IMG/VR virus record: IMGVR_UViG_3300009161_006153
Span: 1 to 64,000 of that record
DNA length: 64,000 nt
Direction: 5' to 3' (one strand)
Origin: a virus
Shown piece by piece: positions 29,040-38,507 of this stretch (the first letter of the stretch is position 1; every line of letters begins with the position of its first letter). Below the pieces are notes generated by a model. The model saw only the letters and a program-made list of their open reading frames with translations, did no database searches and had not been told where the DNA came from. The position numbers and the translations under genes are program-made.

Positions 29040-31274
29040 ATGGCATTTAGAATACAATTAAGAAGGGACACCTCAGCTTTATGGGAAATAAACAACCCCT
29101 TACTTTTACAGGGTGAAGCTGGTTATGAATCAGACACTAGATATTTAAAAGTTGGTGACGGAATAACATACTGGAATAGTCTGCCTTATTTTGTAGGAAT
29201 GACAGGCCCACAGGGTTCAACCGGCTCGCAAGGTCCAACCGGGTCACAAGGACCAACTGGATCTCAGGGCACAACAGGTCAGCAAGGTCCAACTGGACCC
29301 GCAGGAGGTGTTATAAATCTCACCACAATAGGAACCTCTGGACCTGCCACTTTTTTGAATGATTTTTTAAATATACCGCAGTATCAAAGTGTCATCACTA
29401 ATCCAATAACAGGAACAGGTTTAACCGGTTACATACCCCGATGGTCTACTACCTCCTCTCTTACAAATTCTATTTTATTTGATAATGGTACGAATATAGG
29501 CATAGGTACAACAGGTCCTTCTTATAAACTAGATGTTAACGGGGAAATTAACACTAATATCGGGATAAGAATAGGCACTAATAATGCTAAAACCGGTTTT
29601 TATGGTGGAGCTAATATAGTAGATATGTGGGCAGGAAACGAGAAATTAGCTACATGGGGACTAGCTCCCGCTGGAGGCACACTATATGATCATTTTGCAG
29701 GTTGGGTTTTTACTACAGGTAGTACGGGTACTGCATCTTCCGCATTTAGAATATCCTCTAGCTTAGTATCAACATCTGCAAATAATGCAGGATTAACCCA
29801 ACTTTTAATCAATCCAGGATATAGCCAGCAAACATTTGGTATAGGTACATTAAGAGGCGTATATTACAATCCTAGCTTAGGTAGTGGCGGAATTAACACA
29901 TCTACCCATATAGCTTTCGAAAATACAAGTGGTGATAATTCTTTTAATTCAGGTTCAGGTAAAACTACTTTTTTTGGTCAAGATTTACAAATCCGAAAAA
30001 ATCCATCTGGCTATGCTGGTTTTAATACCATATATTCACAAGTTCCTTTATTTACAGGGGGATTAACCAATTTTAGTGATACTACAAACGCATATATTAC
30101 GCAAGGTGTTTTAGGCGGGAATAATATGGCTACTAACACTGTACTAATAAGAAACTTACTAGGGGACGTATCACAATCATCTGGCACATATACCAATACA
30201 CAAATTTTAGGTAGAGTATTAAGTGCAACTGGAAGTCCTGAACATAGATTCTTACATATTAATCCCAGTTATGATGACAACCAAGTTCTTAATACATATA
30301 CAGGAACTATAAGAGGTGTTTATTACAATCTTACCCAAAGTACTTCTTTTCCAGCCGGGGGTAAAAACATAGCTTTTGAAAATGTAAATGGTGATAACTA
30401 TTTAAACTCTACATCAGGTTCCACCTTAATAGGATACACATCGGGTGCAACCTCTTCCTATGTACTAGATATAAACGGTAGAGCAAGAACTACACTAGCA
30501 CTACAGGCAGGTTTAACAGGTCCTAGCGATGCAAATATAGCTGCTGGCGTTTTGTTTGCTTCTAGTGGAATAATAGCGACAACAAACGGCATTAATATAG
30601 CTTCTATTACAAGCTCGCCTTTTAATAAAAATGGGATATATCCAACTAGTAACGGCATGCTTTTTTTCAACGGAAATAACCAAATTGCTAAAATGCAGTT
30701 GCTAGTTGGTGTTTCCCCAGCCTATTTTGAGATCAATGCTTCTTTTAATCCAGCAAACACGGGTAATACTGGAGACCAGTCAATTTTAAGGATACAGGGA
30801 GGAATTCAGCCAGCCGCTAATGTTAACAATTCTACCAATCAAACACAAATAATAATAGACCCTACTATAGATCAATTCAACGGTCTTACCGCAGGTGGTA
30901 CAGGTAGCGGGACTTTAAGAGGAATCTACTACAACCCAACTGTCACAGATATAGCTGGATCAGCAAACAAACATGTAGCGATCCAAACCGTGAAAGGTGA
31001 TGTCCTTTTTGGAACAGGGACATATGCAACAGGGGAGGGTGGATACGTTGGAATAGGCCAGGGATTTAACCCAACAACAGGAGCCACCGCAGATATGCCA
31101 CAAAGGCCCTTGCACGTCAGGGATATAATGAGATTACAGTCTAGAAATACATTCCCTGCTGGAGCTTCCGCAGGAGATATAATGATGTATACAGATGGAT
31201 CTAGTAATGTCGATTTATATTATTACGGTGCAACTGCTGGCGTTGGCGGATGGAGAAAGGTAAGCTTTATTTAA
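29040..31274 (+). CDS. Fibre protein: Mtd_N/hyaluronidase-N anchor + collagen-like repeat + three internal repeats
   Basis: RIQLRRDT...NP.LL.GE.G...DT...KVGDG.T.WNSLPY, (GPTGSQ)n, NIGIGTT, 3x (I[ND]P..GT[LI]RG[VI]YYN..[IV]A). Confidence 0.75.
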   Translation: MAFRIQLRRDTSALWEINNPLLLQGEAGYESDTRYLKVGDGITYWNSLPYFVGMTGPQGSTGSQGPTGSQGPTGSQGTTGQQGPTGPAGGVINLTTIGTSGPATFLNDFLNIPQYQSVITNPITGTGLTGYIPRWSTTSSLTNSILFDNGTNIGIGTTGPSYKLDVNGEINTNIGIRIGTNNAKTGFYGGANIVDMWAGNEKLATWGLAPAGGTLYDHFAGWVFTTGSTGTASSAFRISSSLVSTSANNAGLTQLLINPGYSQQTFGIGTLRGVYYNPSLGSGGINTSTHIAFENTSGDNSFNSGSGKTTFFGQDLQIRKNPSGYAGFNTIYSQVPLFTGGLTNFSDTTNAYITQGVLGGNNMATNTVLIRNLLGDVSQSSGTYTNTQILGRVLSATGSPEHRFLHINPSYDDNQVLNTYTGTIRGVYYNLTQSTSFPAGGKNIAFENVNGDNYLNSTSGSTLIGYTSGATSSYVLDINGRARTTLALQAGLTGPSDANIAAGVLFASSGIIATTNGINIASITSSPFNKNGIYPTSNGMLFFNGNNQIAKMQLLVGVSPAYFEINASFNPANTGNTGDQSILRIQGGIQPAANVNNSTNQTQIIIDPTIDQFNGLTAGGTGSGTLRGIYYNPTVTDIAGSANKHVAIQTVKGDVLFGTGTYATGEGGYVGIGQGFNPTTGATADMPQRPLHVRDIMRLQSRNTFPAGASAGDIMMYTDGSSNVDLYYYGATAGVGGWRKVSFI
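29199..29306 (+). repeat. Collagen-like Gly-X-Y repeat (18-nt period)
   Basis: GPQGSTGSQGPTGSQGPTGSQGTTGQQGPTGPAG; boundaries approximate. Confidence 0.8.
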
Positions 31275-31332
31275 TTAAAAATAGTAATAAAAATTAACTG
31301 GTTATAATTAAAATATCATATAAATCTATAAA

Positions 31333-31899
31333 ATGGCATTCAGAGTACAAGTTAGAAGAGATACAGGTCAGAGATGGAGTTTAAATAATCCAATTTTGCT
31401 TAATGGTGAAATGGGATTCAACACTGACACCAACCAATTTAAGATAGGTAACGGTACAACCACGTGGAACTCCCTTTCCTATTGGACTGGAGGTGTAGGA
31501 CCAACTGGACCAACAGGTCCTATAGGTCTTATAGGCCCAACCGGCCCAACCGGACCTGGAAGTTCAGTTAGTTATAAAGTGTATACTGCTTTATTAACAC
31601 AAACAGGTCAAGATGCTCCTGTAGCTATTGTATTAGAAAATACTATTGGGACTATTGTATGGACAAGAAACAGCGCGGGCTCTTACACAGGAACGTTAAA
31701 TAACTCATTTCCTGAAAATAAAACATTTATCACATATACCCATGATGGTATTAACGGAAACACAGGATATCCTGGAGGCGTTAGATGGAACAACAACGAG
31801 GTTGAGTTATCGTTTAATGATGGTATTATGAACCCTGGGCAGTTCATTGATATAGGAGACGATGCTATTGAATCAATAGAAATAAGAGTTTACAATTAA
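31333..31899 (+). CDS. Short fibre/appendage protein with Mtd_N-like anchor and collagen-like repeat
   Basis: MAFRVQVRRDT...NPILLNGEMG..TDT..FKIGNG.T.WNSL.Y, GPTGPTGP, YKVYTALLTQ...IEIRVY. Confidence 0.72.
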   Translation: MAFRVQVRRDTGQRWSLNNPILLNGEMGFNTDTNQFKIGNGTTTWNSLSYWTGGVGPTGPTGPIGLIGPTGPTGPGSSVSYKVYTALLTQTGQDAPVAIVLENTIGTIVWTRNSAGSYTGTLNNSFPENKTFITYTHDGINGNTGYPGGVRWNNNEVELSFNDGIMNPGQFIDIGDDAIESIEIRVYN

Positions 31900-31964
31900 A
31901 TTAGTTTAAACTGTCAATACCAAATAGACAAATAGAGTGTGCTAAAGAGATTAAATAAAGGAAA

Positions 31965-31993
31965 GAAACAACTTTTATATTACCCTATATAAG
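31965..31993 (+). promoter_or_regulatory. Class-II promoter GAAAC-N18-TATAAG
   Basis: Upstream of 32031; AGGAAAGAAAC is identical to 34531-34541. Confidence 0.6.
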
Positions 31994-32030
31994 TATCTGA
32001 AAACTTATAATCAAAACAAATATTCTCTAG

Positions 32031-32912
32031 ATGAATTTAATTTTTCAGATCTCAGGAGGAATAGGTAAATGTGTCATGGCTACTGCAATTTGCGAAGCTA
32101 TGAAGAAGAAATATCCAAATTCTAACCTTATTGTAATATCAGGATACCCTGAGGTTTTTCTAAATAATAAACATGTACATCGGTCTTATTCATTTAATAA
32201 CCTAAGTTATTTCTACGAGGAGTATATCGAGGATAAGGAGATCAAAGTTTTTGCTCATGATCCTTATCTTGAAACAAGCCACATCAAATCAGAGAAACAT
32301 TGCATAGAAACTTGGTGCGATCTATTTGGACTGGAATATTCTGGCGAAGTTCCACAGATTTATCTAACAGATAGAGAGCTTAATTTCTTTGGAAATAGAT
32401 TCGTTTCAGATAAACCTATTTTTCTTATTCAGTCTAACGGAGGAGCTCAGAGCGATCTCAAATATTCATGGGCTAGAGATATACCTAGATCAGTGGTTGA
32501 ATCTGTGATAGAAGAATTCAGGGAAACCCATAATATAGTACACATAAAAAGGGAGGATCAGCTAGGATTTCAATTCACCACAGCTGTTTCTGATTCTTTC
32601 AGAGCCCTTTGTGTTTTAATTATGATGAGCGATAAGAGACTAATGATGGATAGTTTTGGGCAACACGCAGCTTTTGCATTAAACAAGCCTTCTGTTGTTT
32701 GCTGGGTCTCTAATAAGCCAAACGTTTTTGGTTACCCAATACACACAAATATAGTTTGTAATCCATTTACGGTAAAACCTGAATTAAGAAGTTCAGTTTT
32801 TTCTAAATTTAATATAAGTGGAGACCTATTAGAATTTCCATATAATAACGAAAACGAGATATTTAACACAGAACACATCATTGGATCATTGAAAAATTTA
32901 AATAATGGTTGA
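32031..32912 (+). CDS. GT9-like (heptosyltransferase-like) glycosyltransferase
   Basis: GGIGK..MAT....MKK.YP, PEVFLNN, IQ..GG, DSFGQHAAFAL.KPSVV.W. Confidence 0.65.
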   Translation: MNLIFQISGGIGKCVMATAICEAMKKKYPNSNLIVISGYPEVFLNNKHVHRSYSFNNLSYFYEEYIEDKEIKVFAHDPYLETSHIKSEKHCIETWCDLFGLEYSGEVPQIYLTDRELNFFGNRFVSDKPIFLIQSNGGAQSDLKYSWARDIPRSVVESVIEEFRETHNIVHIKREDQLGFQFTTAVSDSFRALCVLIMMSDKRLMMDSFGQHAAFALNKPSVVCWVSNKPNVFGYPIHTNIVCNPFTVKPELRSSVFSKFNISGDLLEFPYNNENEIFNTEHIIGSLKNLNNG

Positions 32913-33726
32913 TAAAATATTCTATCAAAGCAGCCTTCCTAGATCGGGATCAACACTTTTACAAAACATACTTGGACAAAACCCAGATTTCTATGTCACA
33001 CCAACATCCGGTGTTTTAGAACTTGTGTTTGCTGCCAGAGGTAATTACACAAACTCCCCAGAATTCAAGGCACAGGATACAGGACAAATGCAAGAAGCTT
33101 TTATCTCTTTTTGTCGGGGTGGAATGCAGGGTTATTACAACTCCCTTACCGACAGAAAATATGTTATAGATAAAAGTAGAGGATGGGGAATTCACTATGA
33201 TTTTTTAAACATGGTTTATCCACAGCCTAAGATAATCTGTATGGTCAGAGATCTCCGTGATGTGTTTGCCTCAATGGAGAATAATTTTAGAAAAAACCCA
33301 GATAAACAGGATCCGGTATTAGATTGGTCTAAAATGCAAGGAACCTCTGTTCCGAAAAGAATTGATATATGGGCTCAAAACCCTCCTGTCGGGATGGCTT
33401 TAGAAAGACTCTCAGAGATATTTAGAATGGGTATAGATAAGAAAATGCTCTTTGTTAAATTTGAGGATCTCTGTTTATATCCTGATACGGAAATGCAGAG
33501 GATATATCAATATCTAGATCTCCCTTATTTTGAGCACGATTTTGATAACATAGAGCAAATAACAAAAGAGGATGACGTTGTTTATGGCGTTTTCGGGGAT
33601 CATAATATTAGAAAAAAATTAGAGCCTGTACAGTCTAAAGCAAAAACACTTTTAGGTAAAGATGTCTGTGATTGGGTTTATAATAATTACCGTTGGTTTT
33701 TTGATCAATTCAGATATTCAAAATAA
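32905..33726 (+). CDS. Sulfotransferase (PAPS-dependent)
   Basis: 5'-PSB loop SLPRSGSTLL, DKSR, 3'-PB motif VRDLRDVFAS, FEDL..P. Confidence 0.88.
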   Translation: MVDKIFYQSSLPRSGSTLLQNILGQNPDFYVTPTSGVLELVFAARGNYTNSPEFKAQDTGQMQEAFISFCRGGMQGYYNSLTDRKYVIDKSRGWGIHYDFLNMVYPQPKIICMVRDLRDVFASMENNFRKNPDKQDPVLDWSKMQGTSVPKRIDIWAQNPPVGMALERLSEIFRMGIDKKMLFVKFEDLCLYPDTEMQRIYQYLDLPYFEHDFDNIEQITKEDDVVYGVFGDHNIRKKLEPVQSKAKTLLGKDVCDWVYNNYRWFFDQFRYSK

Positions 33727-34532
33727 TGAAATCCAAATTTCATACACAAATCTACGAGGTAGAAAGGCCTAATCTTTTCCAAATTTTTAAACCACATAGT
33801 AGGAAGTACTGCTTATTTCCTAAAGATAATGCGGTCACGAGTTCTCTTATAAACGGAACTATATACGAGCCATATCTTTTTTACTTTATCAGAGATAATG
33901 ATATAAATTTAGAAGGAACTGATATCATAGATATTGGTGCGAATAACGGTAATTTTACTATAGAATTCTCAGAGATTACAGGTGATACGGGTAGAGTCTT
34001 TTCTTTCGAGCCACAAAGAATCGTTTTCCAACAACTCTGCGGTAATGTTTTCATGAACGGTATCGATAATGTTTTTGCATATAATTTAGCAATAGGAGAT
34101 ACTACGGGTAAAACCCAAATAAATAGGCCTGATTATTTTTCAGATGACTTTGTTAACTTTGGCGATGTTTCTATAGAGAGCGACAAATCTAAAAATTCTG
34201 AATCTGTAGAGGTTAGAGAATTGGATTCTTTTGAATTTAATACCGTTAAACTTATAAAGATAGATGTTCAAGGTTACGAGGTTTTAGTTATTAAAGGAGC
34301 TATCGAGACCATTAATAAACATAGACCTATTATTTTTATAGAGGTTGAGGATCACCAGTTAAGAAAGTTTGGACATTCAGAGAGCGATTTATTAAAAACG
34401 ATAGAAGATCTTGGGTATACTATAAAGAGATTTCAGGAAGGAATTCCTTATCAAACATATAGTGGTGAATGTCTAGACTGCGTTTGCATCCCTAATGAGC
34501 TACTTCAGAATCAATCCTTTATTATCAGATAG
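33726..34532 (+). CDS. FkbM-family methyltransferase
   Basis: IDIGANNG, FEPQ, KIDVQGYE, RPIIFIE. Confidence 0.88.
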   Translation: MKSKFHTQIYEVERPNLFQIFKPHSRKYCLFPKDNAVTSSLINGTIYEPYLFYFIRDNDINLEGTDIIDIGANNGNFTIEFSEITGDTGRVFSFEPQRIVFQQLCGNVFMNGIDNVFAYNLAIGDTTGKTQINRPDYFSDDFVNFGDVSIESDKSKNSESVEVRELDSFEFNTVKLIKIDVQGYEVLVIKGAIETINKHRPIIFIEVEDHQLRKFGHSESDLLKTIEDLGYTIKRFQEGIPYQTYSGECLDCVCIPNELLQNQSFIIR

Positions 34533-34536
34533 GAAA

Positions 34537-34565
34537 GAAACCAAATAAAGTATTCATAGTATAAT
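34537..34565 (+). promoter_or_regulatory. Class-II promoter GAAAC-N18-TATAAT
   Basis: Ends 5 nt before ATG 34571. Confidence 0.65.
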
Positions 34566-34570
34566 ACATT

Positions 34571-35014
34571 ATGATTTTAGTATTTTTTGGACAGCCACAT
34601 AGTGGCAAAACAACATTATCTAATGAGATTTTAAACGACGGGTTTGAATTCTCGATAGATGGTGACGATCTTAGAGAAATGTTTTCGAATAAGGATTTTT
34701 CTAGAGACGGAAGAATTAAAAATTTAAACAGAGCTAGCGATATAGCAGCTTTCCTAAATAAAAAAGGTAAAAATGTTGTGATGTCTTTAGTTTATCCTAT
34801 TAAGGAATGCAGGGATTATTTAAACAGTTTAAACCCAAATGAAGTTAATTGGGTGTTTTTAAAATACCAAGGTGAGAGGGGGAGAGAAAAAAACCATGTT
34901 ATTGATTTTGAATTCCCAGAGGCTAATGAGAAATACCTTGAACTTGATACGTCTGAATTATCTATTTCCGAATGCTTAGAAAAAATAAAAGAATTATATG
35001 GAAGATCAAAATAA
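34571..35014 (+). CDS. cysC: Adenylylsulfate (APS) kinase
   Basis: GQPHSGKTT, DGDDLR, DFSRDGR..N..R, SLVYP...R, FE.P. Confidence 0.8.
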   Translation: MILVFFGQPHSGKTTLSNEILNDGFEFSIDGDDLREMFSNKDFSRDGRIKNLNRASDIAAFLNKKGKNVVMSLVYPIKECRDYLNSLNPNEVNWVFLKYQGERGREKNHVIDFEFPEANEKYLELDTSELSISECLEKIKELYGRSK

Positions 35015-35405
35015 ATCTTGGGAAAAAATATACCATATGAAATCATCGATGAGTAACTCAGATTCTGGGTTCTCTATGTTTCTAGGAAGATGGCAGCCAC
35101 TTCATGAGGGTCACAAAGAATTATTTAATCAGGAGTTTAGTTTAGGCAAGAATGTTTGTATCATGATAAGAGAGATGGACAAAGATTCAAAAAATCCTTT
35201 TAGCCCGGAAGATGTAATGAAAAATATCATGGATGAATTCCGTGATTTTTATGATTCCGGAAGGCTTAAAATTCTAGTAGTTCCAAATATAACTTCTATA
35301 AACTTTGGAAGATCAGTCGGATATGATATTATAGAACACGTCCCTCCTCAAAGTGTAGCAGAAATATCTGCCACTAAGATTAGGGAAAAAATGAAAATAG
35401 GTTAG
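34998..35405 (+). CDS. HxGH nucleotidyltransferase (ATP-sulfurylase-like or NMNAT-like)
   Basis: GRWQPLHEGH, NPF, ISATKIR. Confidence 0.75.
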   Translation: MEDQNKSWEKIYHMKSSMSNSDSGFSMFLGRWQPLHEGHKELFNQEFSLGKNVCIMIREMDKDSKNPFSPEDVMKNIMDEFRDFYDSGRLKILVVPNITSINFGRSVGYDIIEHVPPQSVAEISATKIREKMKIG

Positions 35406-35406
35406 A

Positions 35407-35634
35407 ATGTCTAAAGTAAAAATACAAAGACATATTTATAAAAGCATATCCTATAGGATTATAGGGACACTTCAGACTTGTATCATTGGCTATATTCTCA
35501 CTGGGAATTACAAGATAGCTTCATCACTTGGAATAATAGAGCTAGTTGTAAAACCGATTATTTATTTTTTTCATGAAAGAATATGGTATAAATGGATAAA
35601 AATTGGTATAATAAAAGACGAAAATAAAAAATAA
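35407..35634 (+). CDS. DUF2061-like small membrane protein
   Basis: RHIYKSISYR..GT ... K.IIYFFHERIW. Confidence 0.75.
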   Translation: MSKVKIQRHIYKSISYRIIGTLQTCIIGYILTGNYKIASSLGIIELVVKPIIYFFHERIWYKWIKIGIIKDENKK

Positions 35635-35642
35635 AAAAAAAC

Positions 35643-35918
35643 ATGGAAAATCAAACCAAACTACCAGAAGAACTATTGCTTGAAATTCAACAGCTTAGAG
35701 ATGAATTAACAGAGAATGTTTTAAAAATCGGGAGGCTTAACGTGCAGGTCTCTTTTTATGAGAAAGACTTAGAGATCTTCAGAAATGAGCTTAAAAAATT
35801 ATACGAAGAGGCCGCTAAGATATCTATCAAAGAGGAGGAGATGCAGAATAAGGTTACTAAAGAATACGGAAACGGTAAACTTGATTTTGAGACTGGGTTA
35901 TTCCATTTGAATAGCTAA
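35643..35918 (+). CDS. Hypothetical coiled-coil protein
   Basis: 91 aa, helical, ends KEYGNGKLDFETGLF. Confidence 0.6.
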   Translation: MENQTKLPEELLLEIQQLRDELTENVLKIGRLNVQVSFYEKDLEIFRNELKKLYEEAAKISIKEEEMQNKVTKEYGNGKLDFETGLFHLNS

Positions 35919-35940
35919 GTTTTATAATCAATTAGTTACG

Positions 35941-35968
35941 AAAAGCTACCATATCAGGTAGCTTTTTT
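35941..35968 (+). terminator. Intrinsic terminator
   Basis: AAAAGCTACC-atatca-GGTAGCTTTTTT. Confidence 0.82.
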
Positions 35969-35994
35969 GTTGATTTTAGGCTCTATCCTACTTC

Positions 35995-36002
35995 GATATA
36001 TA
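35995..36002 (+). promoter_or_regulatory. Late-type promoter GATATATA
   Basis: After the terminator, 18 nt before in-frame TTG 36021. Confidence 0.65.
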
Positions 36003-36020
36003 AATGAAAAAGAAATTAAC

Positions 36021-38504
36021 TTGTCTTTTTATCCAGAAAATAAATTCCCAAAAACAGGAACGCCAGTTTTTAATGGCAACGGGGAGCAGTATGATCTAAG
36101 TGATCCTAGATATAATTATCACGACGGATTACAAAACACTCAAAAATTTCCAGAATCCTCTGTTGGCAATTTATTCTCTACAAAAGAAGCTGCACAGGCC
36201 AGATCCCTTCAAATAGGTTGCGGGGGTTACCACTCTGTAACTATTGATGGTGAAATTTTTTACAAACCTTGTGAAACTGCAGAATACTACTCAGTAAGGA
36301 TTGAGCAATTAGATAGCGCTTTAAACTTCACATATATTGGAAGTTATCGTGTCTTAACTTGGGATAAGCCATATTTGGATGTAGAGGTGTGTAACGGGTG
36401 GATTATAGATGCAGCAAATAGTTTAAACATAGGTTCCCCCTTAAATGGTGATATCTCTATTGATTTTAGATATAGCATAGATGGAAAAACATGGTCTCTT
36501 TGGTCTAATGTTGGATCTGTAAAAAACGGTCTAACCGGTCAGGGAGCGGAGATTTTTCCTATAAATTTAAATCCGCAGAATAAATTTTATCCTGAATTTA
36601 GATTCACTTCTGTCCTCGTAAATGATAACGGCACACTTATTTATAACACAGATGAACCTATAGATCCAAACGTAGTTATTGTTGATTTTCAGCTAGATCT
36701 TGAATATGGTGATCCAATCGAAGTAAAAATAGTAGCTCCAGCCCCGGTTTGTTCTAACGAGGTATCAACACGTCCAGTAATATTTTCTGATTGCAAATTC
36801 ACATTTAACCCATACGCTGTTAATAAAGCTTTAAATCTTTATCAGGATTTAAGTCTCATTGTCAATAAAGTATTTGGACTTGAATCAAATTATTATTCTG
36901 TACAACCACAGGGAAGAGGGAAAGATGTGATACTCAAGGAATACACACTCTTCAATGTTGTAGCAGAAAAATGTGTAAAGATACTAGTACCACAAAATCA
37001 ATTTCCTGATAATAAAATCAACTTCGACCCGTTTGGATTACAGTTCGAGGAGCCATTTGAAATACAAATAGACAAAAGATATTTTGAAAGCATTTTTGGA
37101 AAGGGATCACAGCCAAGAAAAAGAGATATACTTTATTTTCCAATATCAAATAGAATTTATGAAATAAACTCAACTTACCTCTTTAGGGATTTCATGAATT
37201 CTCCTGTTTATTTCAAGGTAGAGCTCAGAAAATATTCTCCAAAAAGCAACACTTACTTCTTGGATCCTGAATACAAAGAGCAATTAGACGGAATTGCATT
37301 GACCACCCCTGAACTTTTTGGTGAAGAGGTTAAAGCAGAGGAAGAGAAATATTCTAAGCCTCAGCAATTTGCTACAACAATAACACAATTGATTCAGGAT
37401 CCAATTAGATCTTATATCTACACAGGCTTACCTATCATAGGGTATGACTTAAACAACAACTGGACTATCGTCCTGAATAATTATTATGATTTATCAGCAG
37501 CATTCGATGAAGTCTCTGAATTCCAACAGGAGCAGCAGAGGTATAGAAATGCAATAAGATACAAGGTTTTACCATTATTAACTTCAACCGGAGAACTTTC
37601 ATTTACTTGTTGGTTTAATTTGAGAGATTTTTACGACCCGGCCAAGCTTGTTCCAAAACCCTTTTCTGTTATTAATATCACTTTAGAGTCTTACGATAGT
37701 AATTATATAATTTTTAGTTCGTACCCAGCAAAGCATAAATTGCAGGTTTGGGCATCGTACGCTTCAAACCCAGAGGGATATGTTTCAATACAAGGTGATT
37801 TCAATCACTCTGGTGGATACACAGTGGAGGAAGTGATAGACGAGTATAGATTTAAAATAAAGAATTTAAATACAACATTTTCTGAAGGGACCATCGTTTG
37901 GAAAATGCAAAAGGCACAAGCACGTAATCTGATAAGTGGCCTATATGAGGAGTTTTATGAAACCTATGGATTTAGAGTTGATCTCGTGCATTCCGGTGTC
38001 ACCGACTCTGACGGAAATCTATTCATCCAGCAAGGAAGTTTTATAGTTAGAATAAACAATGATATAATAAATTCAAAATTACAGTTCACCCCTGTTGACG
38101 GGGATTGGTATGGATTCGTTGTTAACGTATCAAATGTTTACAAACAGATATCAATAAATGCTTGGGGCCTAACTTATGACCCTACAAATCCTTCCGATCA
38201 GTCATCTAATTTACAAAAACTCCATGAGGATATTAGATTCTTTGATACGGTGAAAGTATTCTCCGCCCCTGCTGATGAGGAAACCGATCCTAATAATATT
38301 TTTTACGGTACAGACAATAACTCATATAAGATATTTACAGGTCCTGCTTTCTTAAGTAACGTCAGATTGTTCAAAAACATGATAGATATAGATAATCAAT
38401 CAATAGTTCTGAATCAGAACATAGTTAGGGATAACCAACTTGCTTACATAATAGACAATGCTAAGCCATTACTTAACACTCCAAAATTCGCTAGAAATAG
38501 ATAA
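36021..38504 (+). CDS. Neck protein (gp14-like core) with N- and C-terminal extensions
   Basis: Central FGLQF.....I.K..F......PRKRDILYFP..NRIYEI. Start moved to TTG 36021, downstream of terminator and promoter. Confidence 0.55.
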   Translation: MSFYPENKFPKTGTPVFNGNGEQYDLSDPRYNYHDGLQNTQKFPESSVGNLFSTKEAAQARSLQIGCGGYHSVTIDGEIFYKPCETAEYYSVRIEQLDSALNFTYIGSYRVLTWDKPYLDVEVCNGWIIDAANSLNIGSPLNGDISIDFRYSIDGKTWSLWSNVGSVKNGLTGQGAEIFPINLNPQNKFYPEFRFTSVLVNDNGTLIYNTDEPIDPNVVIVDFQLDLEYGDPIEVKIVAPAPVCSNEVSTRPVIFSDCKFTFNPYAVNKALNLYQDLSLIVNKVFGLESNYYSVQPQGRGKDVILKEYTLFNVVAEKCVKILVPQNQFPDNKINFDPFGLQFEEPFEIQIDKRYFESIFGKGSQPRKRDILYFPISNRIYEINSTYLFRDFMNSPVYFKVELRKYSPKSNTYFLDPEYKEQLDGIALTTPELFGEEVKAEEEKYSKPQQFATTITQLIQDPIRSYIYTGLPIIGYDLNNNWTIVLNNYYDLSAAFDEVSEFQQEQQRYRNAIRYKVLPLLTSTGELSFTCWFNLRDFYDPAKLVPKPFSVINITLESYDSNYIIFSSYPAKHKLQVWASYASNPEGYVSIQGDFNHSGGYTVEEVIDEYRFKIKNLNTTFSEGTIVWKMQKAQARNLISGLYEEFYETYGFRVDLVHSGVTDSDGNLFIQQGSFIVRINNDIINSKLQFTPVDGDWYGFVVNVSNVYKQISINAWGLTYDPTNPSDQSSNLQKLHEDIRFFDTVKVFSAPADEETDPNNIFYGTDNNSYKIFTGPAFLSNVRLFKNMIDIDNQSIVLNQNIVRDNQLAYIIDNAKPLLNTPKFARNR

Positions 38505-38507
38505 TTT

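Noticed and set aside
29040-31899. Diversity-generating retroelement targeting the Mtd_N fibres
   Set aside because: No reverse transcriptase and no template/variable repeat pair in the window.
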